Origin: Mobula hypostoma
Taxonomy: Eukaryota
DNA: 64,000 nt
Direction: 5' to 3'
Assembly (NCBI RefSeq): GCF_963921235.1
Contig: NC_086097.1
Coordinates: forward strand, 102,240,001 to 102,304,000
The stretch's first letter is position 1. Every line of letters starts with the position of its first letter. Below the pieces are notes generated by a model, which was not told where the DNA came from, made no database searches, and was given only the letters and a program-made list of their open reading frames with translations. The position numbers and the translations under genes are program-made. Positions 51,301 through 64,000 of this stretch are shown one piece after another.

Positions 51301-52445
51301 AGGTCAAGGCGCCTGGCAGGGGCGTGAATGAGAGGGCTGGTGGTGAGGATGTGGTGCTCCACCCCATATTCAGTGGTGGGGGAGGAGAGGGTGGGCTTGG
51401 TCAGGTCCGGAAACTCAGTGAGGAGGCGGACGAAGTCGTCGGAGGTGGAAAGGGTGCTGGACAACTTTGAAGTGCTGGTGGCACTAAGTGTGCCAGAGAG
51501 GGAGTAGAAAGTCTCTTTGTTGACAAGGCGCCCATTCTGGACATCAACGAGTAAGGCTGTTGGTGCGGAGGAAGTTGACCCTCAAAAGGGGCATAAACAC
51601 CACTGCCAACACAAAATTCCAGCAAAACTTCTGCCTGCTGAAGTACAACAACATCTCATGCTTACCAAAAGTCCGGATGGCGCTCCCGTTTGCAGCCTCG
51701 AGAGACGGTCCATATTTCCCAGTTCATTTGTCCAATTTAGATGCGGGCAGGATGGTCACTTGAGCTCTCATATCACAGAGGAAATGGCGCCCGGAAACAG
51801 AGTCTGTAATGAACAACAAACTGCCTGACCTACTGATGCCCTTAGTAGCTAACGGGCGCTGGCCGTTCTGTTTCCCGACTCCTTGAACCCACAGGGTGGG
51901 CAGCACTCCTTAGCTCTCGGCCCAAACCTCGCATGTTAGAAACACGGGCTAGGAGACCGTTGTTGAGCCGCAGCGATTGTCTCGCGTTCAGGTGGTGGTG
52001 CGGCAGCAAAGTCATCCAGCCGTAAGGTTGCACAGGCCCTCTTGGTAATGGAAAACACCTTGTCAGCCTCTTTCGCTAGAGCAGTGAGGTCTTTGAGGGG
52101 ACAGCCAGCCAGAGCCCATCACACCTCGCCTGGTTGTTGTTGCAGGAAAAGCTCTCTGAAGATGAAACACGGCTGAGGTCCACCAAGGGGGGATTGCAGT
52201 CGCCTAAGCGGGCAGTGAGAGAAGCCGACAGGCGTGCTCAGACTTGGAAAGTTCGGAAGTCTCTAGGAGGAGTTGCCTAAGAGCCTCATACTGGCTGTCT
52301 TCTGCAAGGTGCTGTAGGATGCTCATCACCCTGGTCGCCGTAGAGCTGTCTAACGCTGCGACGATGTAGTAATATTCCATGTCAACTTCCGAGATTCCCC
52401 CCACTGCGAACTGGGCCTCTGCCTGAGCGGACCAAACAGCGGCAT
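48345..52445 (-). mobile_element. Ty3/Gypsy LTR retrotransposon relic (gag-PR-RT-RH-IN plus 3' LTR 48561-48345), 5' end lost
   Basis: gag WSAQAEAQF...YYYIVAALD; protease FITDSVSGRHFLCD; VEHHILTT.P.IHAPARRL; RT; TMDTSD RNase H; integrase LPPSHGFTHLLTIV, HPQANSLCQRFHHSMKAALRA..WVDRLPWV.LGLR; G-run PPT then TG...CA LTR with AATAAA. Confidence 0.92.
50088..50437 (+). mobile_element. Rex1/Babar RT fragment inserted in the Gypsy RNase H region
   Basis: PVTLTSTVTKCFERLV...[32 protein letters not shown]...[16 protein letters not shown]. Confidence 0.88.
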
Positions 52446-52581
52446 ATAAATAAATTTTAAAAAATAAACTGGTTAGGTTTTCATGATACTTCTGACAGTT
52501 CATGGCCACTTTTGCTAAGATGAGTTTTATTTTCAGATACCAAAATGAACAAGCTTGCTCTGAAGATGATTGCAGTGATAG

Positions 52582-52779
<198 letters not shown>

Positions 52780-53166
52780 TAAGTTGTAGATAACCCTGGA
52801 TAAGTGCAGACAAATCAAATGAACCATATGCCCATTCATCCCCAGCTCTATGAAATGACTGGTCAGTTCCACTTCACAGATGAGTTGTTTGTTCCTTTTC
52901 AACTTTGCATTCGGTTTCTTTTTAATGCTGTTATTGTACCTGCTGATGTTGTCTCATTAAGGCAGGTTTAAAAGTGAATAAATTCCCAGACCCTGATAGA
53001 GTGCATCTTTGGCTTCTCTGGGAGATGGAGGATATTGCTGGGACCCTGATAGATTCTTAACTGTTTGCTGGACATGGTGAGTTGCCAAATGACAGGAGGG
53101 TGGCTAATGTGACGCCTTTTGTTCAAGAAGGACAGTAGCAATAAACCAGATAATCACATATCCATG

Positions 53167-53653
53167 TGTCAGGATTTTGGGGTCCATCGCCCAGTATGTT
53201 TCTGGTTTCTAAACATTCCAGCCTTGTGTTACTTGTTTGGTTTTTGACCACACTTGTGTCTAGTTATTCTGCTGTGTGAATGGTGCTGTGCTTCGCTCAG
53301 TCTTTGAGCCAACGCTTGATAGTCTTGTAATCCAGTGCTGTATTCCTTCTGAATGTCTTTTGCCCTTGCCTTGCTACTTTTGTATTTGGGACCTGTGGGG
53401 GTTTATTTTAGAACTTTGGATCCAGTCTGTTGTGCATTTGGAACTGCTTGCTTGCCTGCTCCTTTGTGACTTCTGTTTTTTTGTTAGGTTAAACCACTGC
53501 CTGGATTTCTGATTTGGATGTTTGCCTTTGTTTTGGAACTGTGCTGAAAAGGCGAAATATCCAGTAAAGTACCTGTCTGAATATTCATTCCTGCCTCCTG
53601 TGTGATCTCTACACCTGTGTTCATTTCTCACTTGGCCCTTGGGTCATGTGACA
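53167..53653 (+). mobile_element. Probable solo LTR inserted in a CR1 relic
   Basis: TGTCA...TGACA termini, T-rich body, AGTAAA-like signal; no clean TSD found. Confidence 0.5.
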
Positions 53654-53899
53654 GAGTTCTGAACTGCCTTGCTGGACAGTAGACAATAGGTGCAGGAGTA
53701 GCCCATTCGGGACCCAAGTTCAAGCCCAGACAGGTCCGACACTGTCCCAAGTTACTTGGAGGAAAAGAAAATTCAGCGATTGGATTAATCTGCACTGTCA
53801 AGGGCAGAACTAAGATAGTCAGAATGCCATAGTTAATGAAAGATCATGTCTAACAAAGTTGATTATTTTTTTTTTGAAGGGACAACAACCCATGACAGC

Positions 53900-54470
53900 A
53901 TAAACACAAAATGCTGGAGGATCGTAGCAGGTCAGGCAGAATCTATGAAGAGGAATTAACAGTTGATGTTTTAGGCTGAGACTTCATCAGGACTGGAAAG
54001 GAAGGGGAAAGAAGCCAGAATAGAAAATGGGGGAGGGGAGGGGAGGCAAGCTGGCAAGTCACAGGTAAGGGGATGGTAGGTAGGTAGGTGGGGAGGGGGA
54101 ATGAAGTGAGGAGCTGGGAGGTGATAGGTGGAAAAGTAAAAGGCTGAAGAAATGAGCTGAAAGGGGAGGACAGTGGGCTACAGAAGAAAGGGAAGTAGGA
54201 GGTGTAATAGAGGAAGGTGAGGGGAAGGGGTAAGTGGGGAGTGAGAATGGGGAATAGAAAAAGCAAAGGGGGATGGGGGAAGAAATGACCAGAAATTAGA
54301 CAAATTGATGCACATGCCATCAGATTGGAGACTACCTAGACAGAATATGAGGTGTTGCTCCTTGAACCTGAGAGTGACCTCATGCCAGTAGGGGAGGCCA
54401 TGAACTGGCATGTCAGAATGGGAAGTAGAATTAAAATGGATGACCGCTGGGATCTAAAACTGGCTTGGTA
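53900..54470 (-). mobile_element. Older Penelope-like 3' fragment with degenerate hammerhead
   Basis: MPVHGLPYWHEVTLRFKEQHLIFCLGSLQSDGMCINLSNF; pLTR agtcCTGATGAagtctcagcctAAAAcatcaact (GAAA mutated). Confidence 0.85.
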
Positions 54471-55044
54471 AAAGGAGGTGAACTGTACTGGTGGACAATA
54501 CTGATGAGTTAGTGTGATGTACAATTCAGTGATAGATGGAGTTTCAGGGCGTTCTGATCACCACACTACAGGAAGAACAGTATTGCACTGTGGAGGGATC
54601 AGAGCAGGTTCACTTTACTTGGGTTGTAGCATTCAGCTTATGAGAGAAGAATGGATAGGCTGAGTTTATTCTCCTTGGCACATAGGATGCTGAGGGGGGA
54701 ATACTTGAGCGAGGTGTGCAAAATTATGAGAGGAAGCATTGAGACAAATAATAAGAAACCTCTTCCAACAACAGAGGTGCTAATGTACCAAAGGGTATAG
54801 GTTGTGAGAGGGGCAAGAAGTTCAGGAGATACATCAAGAGTTCTTTATCTTCCTCGCCCAAAGAGTGGTTGGAATCTGAAATGCACTACTTGAGAAGGTG
54901 GTGGAGGCTTAAAGACTAAGAACATTTAAGAAATGCACTAAAACTTGTAGTTTTAGTGTGGCTGGATCATCAAATTTGTACAGCAGGGTTACATTCTCTC
55001 TGGTGCCTTGTTCATTTTACCAACTCATCAGTGATGTCTGTGAT

Positions 55045-57065
55045 GATTCATAATCAGGATTATTAACACTGACGTATGTCGTGAAATTTGTTGTCTTGTG
55101 GCAGCACTACAGTGCAAGACACAGAAAATTACTACAGATAGTAAGAAAATAGTGCGAAAGCAAATTAACAACATTGTGATCATTAGCCATTCAGGAATCT
55201 GACGGTAGAGAGGAAGCTGTTGATTATTTTCGGACTCTTGAACTTCCTCCTTGATAGTAATGAGGCAAAGAGGGCACTTCGGATGGTGAGGGTCTTTAAT
55301 GATGGATGCTGCTTTCTTCAGGTATTGCCGCTTGAGAATGTTTTGGACGGTGGGCAGGGTTGTGCCCATGATGAATGTTTTGGACGGTGGGCAGGGTTGT
55401 GCCCATGGTGAATGTTTTGGACGGTGGGCAGGGTTGTGCCCATGGTGAATGTTTTGGACGGTGGGCAGGGTTGTGCCCATGGTGAATGTTTTGGACGGTG
55501 GGCAGGGTTGTGCCCATGGTGAATGTTTTGGACGGTGGGCAGGGTTGTGCCCATGGTGAATGTTTTGGACGGCGGGCAGGTTTGTGCGTATGATGAATGT
55601 TTTGGACGGTGGGCAGGGTTGTGACCATGATGAATGTTTTGGACGGTGGGCAGGGTTGTGACCATGATGAATGTTTTGGACGGTGGGCAGGGTTGTGCCC
55701 ATGGTGAATGTTTTGGACGGTGGGCAGGGTTGTGCCCATGGTGAATGTTTTGGACGGTGGGCAGTGTTGTGCCCATGGTGAATGTTTTGGACGGTGGGCA
55801 GGTTTGTGCCCATGATGAATGTTTTGGACGGTGGGCAGGGTTGTGCCCATGATGAATGTTTTGGACGGTGGGCAGGTTTGTGCCCATGATGAATGTTTTG
55901 GACGGTGGGCAGGTTTGTGCCCATGATGAATGTTTTGGACGGTGGGCAGGGTTGTGCCCATGATGAATGTTTTGGACGGTGGGCAGGGTTGTGACCATGA
56001 TGAATGTTTTGGACGGTGGGCAGGGTTGTGACCATGGTGAATGTTTTGGACGGTGGGCAGGGTTGTGACCATGGTGAATGTTTTGGACGGTGGGCAGGTT
56101 TGTGCCCATGGTGAATGTTTTGGACGGTGGGCAGGGTTGTGCCCATGGTGAATGTTTTGGACGGTGGGCAGGGTTGTGCCCATGGTGAATGTTTTGGACG
56201 GCGGGCAGGGTTGTGCCCATGGTGAATGTTTTGGACGGCGGGCAGGGTTGTGCCCATGGTGAATGTTTTGGACGGCGGGCAGGTTTGTGCCCATGGTGAA
56301 TGTTTTGGACAGCGGGCAGGGTTGTGCCCATGGTGAATGTTTTGGACGGTGGGCAGGTTTGTGCCCATGGTGAATGTTTTGGACGGTGGGCAGGTTTGTG
56401 CCCATGATGAATGTTTTGGACGGTGGGCAGGGTTGTGCCCATGGTGAATGTTTTGGACGGTGGGCAGGTTTGTGCCCATGATGAATGTTTTGGACGGTGG
56501 GCAGGGTTGTGCCCATGGTGAATGTTTTGGACGGTGGGCAGGTTTGTGCCCATGGTGGATGTTTTGGACGGTGGGCAGGGTTGTGCCCATGGTGAATGTT
56601 TTGGACGGTGGGCAGGGTTGTGCCCATGGTGAATGTTTTGGACGGTGGGCAGGGTTGTGCCCATGGTGAATGTTTTGGATGGTGGGCAGGGTTGTGCCCA
56701 TGGTGAATGTTTTGGACGGTGGGCAGGGTTGTGCCCATGGTGAATGTTTTGGACGGTGGGCAGGGTTGTGCCCATGGTGAATGTTTTGAATGGTGGGCAG
56801 GGTTGTGCCCATGATGAATGTTTTGAACGGTGGGCAGTATTGTGACCATGAATGTTTTGGACGGTGGGCAGGGTTGTGCCCACGATGGAGCTGGCTAAGG
56901 CTGCGGCTCTCAACAGTCTCCTCGATCTTGCACATTGGAGCCTCCGTACCAAAGAGCGATGCATCTAGTCAGAATGTACATCTGTAATTTGCTACACATT
57001 TGTGGTGACGTACCAAATCTCCTCAAATTCCTAATGAAGCTACAGCTGCTGGTGTGCCTTGGTGA
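55045..57065 (-). mobile_element. Rex1/Babar LINE 3' fragment containing a large tandem array
   Basis: Minus strand ..LMKF/EEIW..NYRCT, ASSIVGTTLPTVQNI|LKRQYLKKAASIIKDPHHP, then 3' UTR ending cacgacatacgtcagtgttaataatcctgatt. Confidence 0.85.
55336..56886. repeat. Minisatellite: 42 copies of a 37-bp LINE-derived unit
   Basis: gaatgttttggacggtgggcagggttgtgcccatg(g/a)t; the 37-bp period checks at 55336, 55373, 56039, 56779 and 56816; the penultimate unit is 34 bp. Confidence 0.98.
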
Positions 57066-57217
57066 TTGCAATAAAGTGTTGAGGCCAAGGGTAGTGGTGA
57101 ATATGCTTTGTTTTTCTGACTGGAAACCAAAAACAAGAACATAGCAGAAGGATTAGTGCAGGGACCTTTAATATGTAAATTGACTTGGACAAGAATGAAA
57201 GTGATCTGATTAAGTTT

Positions 57218-58037
57218 TGTTACATACCCCGTAACTGGGTTGCCAAACCAGCAGAGGTGGACCACTTAGTTGGAGTCTGGTTTAACAGAAGCTAATAAAG
57301 TTTTATTAAAGAAATCAGTAACACAGTACTCTAATCGTAAGGATGTAAATGCAGCAGGTTAGCAATGATATAACACACATGTACACAGAGCTAGGGTAAT
57401 GGGAATCAACCGAGCGCTGTCGCAGTCTAGGGGTAAAATGATCAGTCTCAAGTGACGCAGAGTTCAGTTCAGCTTAGTACAGTTCGCAGTAATCGCTGTT
57501 GTGCTGTTGGAGAGAGAGAGAGAGAATGCAAATTTCGATTCAAACAGACCTTTGATGTTCTTCGCAGTTAGCTCTCGGGCAGACCCTTTGTTATGTCTTC
57601 TGAGGTCACCGACTGTGACCCCTCTGCTCCGGATATGACCGTTCTTCTGCGGTGAATCCAGCACCCAGGCAAGGGCGGACACACACCCCAGGTTCCCGCC
57701 GATCATACCCTTTCACCCTGTGAGTCTATGGTTGGTTCCCGCGACCAGACCTCCAGACTCCACCAACTTGTGGGGGCACACTGCTCTTCCAGGGTCTCGT
57801 GATCTCGTGGTGTGGCCGTGCCTTAGCGAACCTGTTCTTTTTATCCCCCTGCCGGGGTATCGCCTGTCCATCAAACTTCAAACAGTTCAGGTACAAAGCA
57901 ACCGGTCTGTCAATACTCTTAATTGTTTCTTTTCGGTTATCTGTCTCCTCTCTCATTAACATTTTGAAAGCTTCTTCATTGTCTCCCTTATCTCTCTCAT
58001 CAATATCAATCTTCTGATAACTTGGTTTGTCGTCACA
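57218..58037 (-). mobile_element. Solo LTR (820 bp) inserted in a CR1 relic
   Basis: TG...CA termini (TGTTAC/GTCACA), 4-bp TSD GTTT (57214-57217, 58038-58041); the CR1 KF|ADD-like motif is split across the insertion; orientation inferred from signal positions. Confidence 0.85.
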
Positions 58038-58289
58038 GTTTACAGTTGACATGAAAATTAGTAGAGTTATAGATGGCAGTGAAGATTGTTTTGAGGATAG
58101 AGCTGGTCATGGATCCCTCTGAAACATTGGGCAGATCAGTGGCAGATAGAATTGAATCCAAACAAGTGTGAGGTTATGTATTTTGGGAAGTCAAAGTCTG
58201 GTAGGACGTAAAATATAATTGATGGATTTTGCTGTACAGAGAGCCATACGAGAGCAAGTCTGTGGCTCACTGAAGGGGGTGACACAGGT

Positions 58290-59220
58290 CAGAATCAGAA
58301 TCAGGTTTATAATCACCGGCGTGTGTCATGAAATTTATTAACTTAGCAGTAGCAGTTCAATGCAATACATAATACAGAAGAAAAAAATATATAATAAGTA
58401 AATCAATTACAGTATATATATGTATTGAATAGATTAAAAAATTGTGCAAAAAAAATGTATATTAAAGAAAGTGAGATAGTGTCCAAGGGTTCAATGTCCA
58501 TTTAGGAATCGGATGGCAGAGGGGAAGAAGCTGTTCCTGAATCACTGAGTGTGTGCCTTCAGGCTTCTGTATCTCCTACCTGATGGTAACAGTGAGAAAA
58601 GTAATGCAGCCTGTCAGAATGCTGTCCAGGGTACAACTATAGAAGTTTTTGAGTGTATTTGTTGACATGCCAAATCTCTTCAAACTCCTAATGAAGTATA
58701 GCCGCTGTCTAGCGTTCTTTATGACTACATCGATATGTTGGGACCAGGTTAGATCCTCAGAGAACCAGGAACTTGAAACTGCTCACTCTCTCCACTTCTG
58801 ATCCCCCTATGAGGATTGGTGTGTGTTCCTTCATCTTACCCTTCCTGAAGTCCACAATCAGCTCTTTTGTCTTACTGACATTGAGTGCCAGGTTGTTGCT
58901 GTGGCACCACTCCACTCGTTGGCATATCTCACTCCTGTACACTGTCTCGTCACCACCTGAGATTCACCACCTGAGATTCTACCAACAATGGTTGTATCAT
59001 CAGCAAATTTATAGATGGTATTTGAGCTATGCCTTGCCATACAGTCATGGTATATAGAGAGTAGAACAGTGGGCTAAGCACACACACACACCTGAGGTGC
59101 ACCAGTGTTGATCATCAGCAAGGAGGAGATGTTATCACCAATCCACACAGATTGTGGGCTTCTGGTAGGAAGTCGAGGATCTAATTACAGAGGCCCAGGT
59201 TCTGCAACTTCTCAATCAGG
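58290..59220 (-). mobile_element. Rex1/Babar LINE fragment
   Basis: ARHSSNTIYKFADDTTIVGRIS; YRSEICQRVEWCHSNNLALNVSKTKELIVDFRK...VERVSSFKFL; (gattct)n tail; internal 14-bp duplication caccacctgagatt at ~58951-58978. Confidence 0.9.
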
Positions 59221-60198
59221 TGGCTAGCATAGTGAAGAAAAGCATATTGTAGAAAGTACGAGAGTTGCAGGTGTACAAAGCACTGGAGTATTCTGTATAG
59301 TTCTGGTTGCTATGCTACAGGAAGGATTTGTAACAGTAGAAAGAGTGCCAAAGAGGTTCAGCAGGATGTTTGTGCTTGGTATTTAGGTAGATCCCTATTA
59401 ACAGCCATGTTCTTGCTCTTCTGTACATTCTTATTCTTAAGAGCACAATTTGATGGTTACAATTAATATTCATTTATAAAGGTGTTAGACACAGCATTAG
59501 AGCCATCACCTTGTTAGAGAGTTGTGGCCTCACCCCAGACCAGAGTCTTGAGAACAGCGTCAGGGTGTGTGTTTTAGTGGACAGCAGAGGAAATTCTGCA
59601 CTGTTTAAGCTGCCATTTTCAGAGGGTAGCTACTGAACTAAGCATTCTACTTTGGCTGAAAGTTAAAGATTTGATGGAGTTAAAAGGAATGCAGTATGCT
59701 TTGTGGTGCTCAAACATTTACTTCTCAATAAGTGTCACTTAAACCAACACTCTGGTCATAACTTTTCAGTTTGTGAACATTGCTGGGCTTGCATTGATGA
59801 ATGAAAATAGGACTTGGTTTTTTGAGGATTATCATCAACTGCAAAGGTCTTGAGGGCATGGAGAATGTGCAAGGGTTCTGATCATGAGGACATTAATTTA
59901 AAAGAACAGGGGGCATTCACATACGTCTGAGCATCTCTTCAGAGGAAGGATAATAGAAATCTAGAACACTATACCCTTGTGCTGAGGTTGGGTGTCAAAA
60001 TACAAATTTCAAGACATGTTTGGTGAGAAATAGAGGACTATTTAACTAAAGCAGGTAACGAGGGATAATGCAGACCAACAAAATTGGAATTTAAAGATTG
60101 GATTGCTTCCAAGTTCATTCCCTTTCTTCATTCCAATCTCTGCTGAGTCAATGCAAGACTAATTTTAGTTTCAGATTTGATGGTTGGCTTGGATTTGA

Positions 60199-60579
<381 letters not shown>

Positions 60580-61679
60580 TAATCAATTTCTCTGATGCTT
60601 TGTCAACAGTCAGCGCAAGGCTAACTATGGCTCAATTGGGAGCATCTTAAGTCTGAATTAGAAATCAAAGTTGTGATTTATGAATGAAGTGTTAAGTTGG
60701 ATTCCTGTCAGCTCTCAGAAGCAGGCTGAAGATCTCGTGGCAAGATCTCTAGAAGTTATCCCTCAATTAACATCAGCCTTATATTGAAATGTTTTTCTAA
60801 AATGGAGTGGGGGACATGGCAGACTGTAGTGAAACAGAGCCAGGAATCAGCAATCAAAATGTCCACTGCAGTTAGTGAGGTGGGATGAAAAAGGTAGATG
60901 TTGTGTTCCAGCAGTTTAGACCTTTGAATAAACCCTATCTGGAATACTGTTTAGTTCTGAATGCGATAAAGAAATGGAGATACTTTTGCCTTGTTAGGGC
61001 GTTCGGATTCGCAGCATAGGGAAATCTACAGTAAGGAAACATGGCCTTAGAATTAGAGTCAGGTCTTGTGTGAAGAATAGTGCAAATCTGAAACAGTTGT
61101 AGATATTGGGGAAAATGGAAGAGGAAACAAAACAGTTGATGTTTCGGCACCTTTATTCGGCGTGGACAAAAACAGATCTGGATAAGTCATGCTAATTGGG
61201 TTGAAGTAGAAAGGAGTTGAGTGAAGTAAGAGAAGCAAATTAAAGGGCTTATTCCTGCTTAGATTTTTAATTATTTATTAGAACTAAAATGTTTAAGAAT
61301 AATTTGATAGAGGCCTTCTGGTTAGGGTGGTATTGTGAGATTTTATCCTTTTCAAAGATCAGACTGTTCAGAGGTTTAAGGAGTAGACTGGTTTGTTAGT
61401 ACATAATGGGAAGACATGGTAAACAAATGTGGCATGTAACAGGACTGAGACAGTTTGCTCAAGTCGGATTAGTGAGCAGTGAGATATCCCAGTCCTGCTA
61501 TAGGCAGCGATCATTATCTCGATATAAATCAAGATGCCATGCCAAGCCAGCTCCAGCTCTGAGCTGTTGGTTAGTTGCCTACTTCTATCCCTTTGTGCAT
61601 ATAAATACCCTACTCTGTATTAACTCTCCTCACTAATGGTCCAGTCACAGGCAGATACCATGAAGAAATCCTCCCTCAT

Positions 61680-62680
61680 TTCTTTAGCCAGAGGCTGGTG
61701 AATTCATTACCACAGGTGGCTGTGGAGGCCAGGTCATTGGGTGTATTTAAGGCAGAGATTGATACAGAGCTTGATTGGACACGGCACCGAAGGTTACAAG
61801 GAGAAGGCCAGGGAGTGAGGCTGAGGAGGGGAATAAAAGGATCAGCCATGATTCAATGGTGGAGCAGACTCGATGGGCTAAATAGCATAACTCTGCTCCT
61901 GTTTCTTATGGTTTCCTTAGGGAATGTAGTTGTATACTTTCATCTCTGACTTTACTCAAACTGTACTATGTCTGAATTAGACAGTAAGATAAGACCCTAT
62001 GACATTGGAGGTGACATTTTCTCATGGATTGAGGATCAGATAAAGAGAAAATGAGAATTGGTGTAGATGGGTGGCAGCTGTTATTAATTGGCAATCATAT
62101 GGACAAGTGCTCAAGCCTCAACTATTTACAATCTATATTAAAGACTTGGGTGAAAGAACGGATTATGTGGGAGCCAGGTCTACTTGTGTTTCAATGCAAG
62201 CTGGAAAGTAAGTTGGAGGAAGATAGTTTGTAAGCAAGAATGATGGATTTTCCCAGAGGGCAAAACATTTGAAAAATGAAGAACAAAACAGGGAAATGTA
62301 TAGCAAGTAGCATAAACAAGCAAGTTAACATTCAAATGGGAAAAAACGTAGTGTATTTTTACAGAGGGATTTGACTCTCGCTTAGCTGAAAAACAAAATT
62401 TGTAAGCAGATATAGGGATCAATTGAATAATAGAAAGAGGTTGGAATGTGAAAGTAAGGAAGCATTGCTATAATAGTTTGAATGCTTTTTGTGGTGAGTA
62501 GATTGCACTCATTGTGGTGAATACTGATTGGAGTTTGGTAAGAAATAGGGGTGGTTTTATTAAAGCATGTGTGATTCTAATGGCTGTTTGATTGGAGAGA
62601 TAATGAAAGGATGTTTGTCGGAGCATCTATAACCAGAGGATGGCTTCAGAACTAGAGGTTGTCATTTCAGGTAGTGATGG
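61680..62680 (+). mobile_element. CR1 LINE fragments (3' end ~61680-61915; older degraded piece ~61990-62680)
   Basis: NSLPQVAVEARSLGVFKAEID; 3' end ctctgctcctgtttcttatggt. Confidence 0.75.
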
Positions 62681-63091
62681 GGAAGTTCCAGATTGATTGC
62701 TCTGGTCTTGGGGAGGGCAATTTTATCAGTAAGGTACTGTTTCCTGAAGCTATAGTTTTGCAGTAGTACATTGTATAATGTTTCACCTCAATTTCAGTGA
62801 AGTGAAGAGGATTCTCATTGTTTTTATTTCCAGTCCAATATTATATTCCTTCAATAAAACAAGAGTTTGCATTTTATCACTTCATAATCTTGGGGCATTC
62901 CATTCTGAAGAGTATAAAATCTTTCGCAGACTGTGCTGCAAGATTCACACAGCAATGTGACAATGTTCTATAAACTGGGGAATGTAAATATTCAACCTGC
63001 ATTAGACCACATTCAGCTGTTTCACAGGTGAAGATTACTTCCGTCATTATTGTTCTATTTCATGAGATTTTTTTTCTTTGTTTTCTTGTAG

Positions 63092-63334
<243 letters not shown>

Positions 63335-63564
63335 TAACTTTCATTTCCCCACTGTTGCTTGACCTGCTGAGTGTACCGTTTGTTTTCAGTGATTTAGGTA
63401 CTCAGCACCTACATTTTCTTTTAAGTTTCACCCTCCTGCTGATTGCTTTGTCACCTTTAATTGATCATCCTGTACCTTTTAGATTTACCATCAACAGCAA
63501 CAGCGCCTTTATTTCCTGTGGAGCATGAAGAAAGCTCACCTCTGTCCCAGGATGCTGACAGACT

Positions 63565-63747
63565 TTTACCGCTGTACCATGGACCATAGGGTCATTAGGA
63601 TTTTCCTGGCAAGGTATGGAAGTAGATTTCCAGGCTTTTCTTCCGCGCAGTTACTGCTGCTGCCCAGGTTGGGACCCGGCTGGGTTTGAACTTGGGACCA
63701 TCTGCCTCGAGGTCCAGTGCTGATACTACTACACCACCAGCCGGCCC
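63565..63747 (-). mobile_element. tRNA-derived SINE with RTE-like tail
   Basis: Minus strand gggccggctggtggtgtagtag (A box)...gttcaaaccc (B box)...cttgccaggaaaatcc...ggtccatgg. Confidence 0.65.
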
Positions 63748-64000
63748 AATGATTGAAATGCATTTCTCAATTCTCTATCTGCCTTGATTCATAATCCTTG
63801 ATACTCAACACATTTTTTATCTTAATTATGAAATTTTGAGTTGATCAGTTTTAATGAGATATTCTTTTCTAAGCTTCTTGAGATCTCTGTTCCTGTAAGT
63901 CATTTTCTCTGTCCGACACAGCTCTCCGCCCGAAGCCAGCTGGAAAGGAGGAGGGTTGAGCATGGAGCTAGCAGCCCCATCCCATAAATACCCAGAACTA

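Noticed and set aside
55028..56964. 635/548/517-aa ORFs as a real mucin-like or His-rich gene
   Set aside because: They result from a stop-free 37-bp repeat in a dead LINE; the LINE entry and exit frames differ; no promoter or splice support.
63680..63747. tRNA gene (also 20654-20720 and 48280-48344)
   Set aside because: A/B boxes are followed by SINE bodies and no complete cloverleaf is evident.

Overview
Eukaryotic, repeat-rich vertebrate DNA. The repeat landscape (CR1, Rex1/Babar, Penelope-like elements, V-SINEs, Tc1, hAT, Gypsy) suggests a cartilaginous fish, probably a ray; this is inference. The only host protein-coding sequence is the 5' half of prostaglandin reductase 2 (PTGR2) on the + strand. 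It has a CpG-island promoter and probable non-coding exon 1 at ~26.2-26.3 kb, and four in-phase GT-AG coding exons at 33884-33923, 52643-52761, 60208-60399 and 63092-63262. A second CpG-rich, almost TE-free block at ~7.4-10.4 kb is probably the promoter or 5' exon(s) of a divergent minus-strand gene (MIDEAS/ELMSAN1, by mammalian synteny only). Most of the remaining sequence is transposon relics. Highlights: (1) a three-level nest in PTGR2 intron 2, hAT > solo LTR > a ~99% perfect 1.2-kb Penelope palindrome with an intact minimal hammerhead ribozyme near each outer end; (2) Rex1/Babar LINE copies that each grew their own internal minisatellite (51/56-bp x17, 37-bp x42, 41-bp x4-5); (3) a class III (ERV-L-like) retroviral gag relic; (4) a young, nearly intact HERO-type RLE retrotransposon 3' half; (5) PTGR2 exons that begin with 5' splice-site motifs. 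There are no prokaryotic features and no CRISPR. All family assignments come from motif recognition, not database searches.
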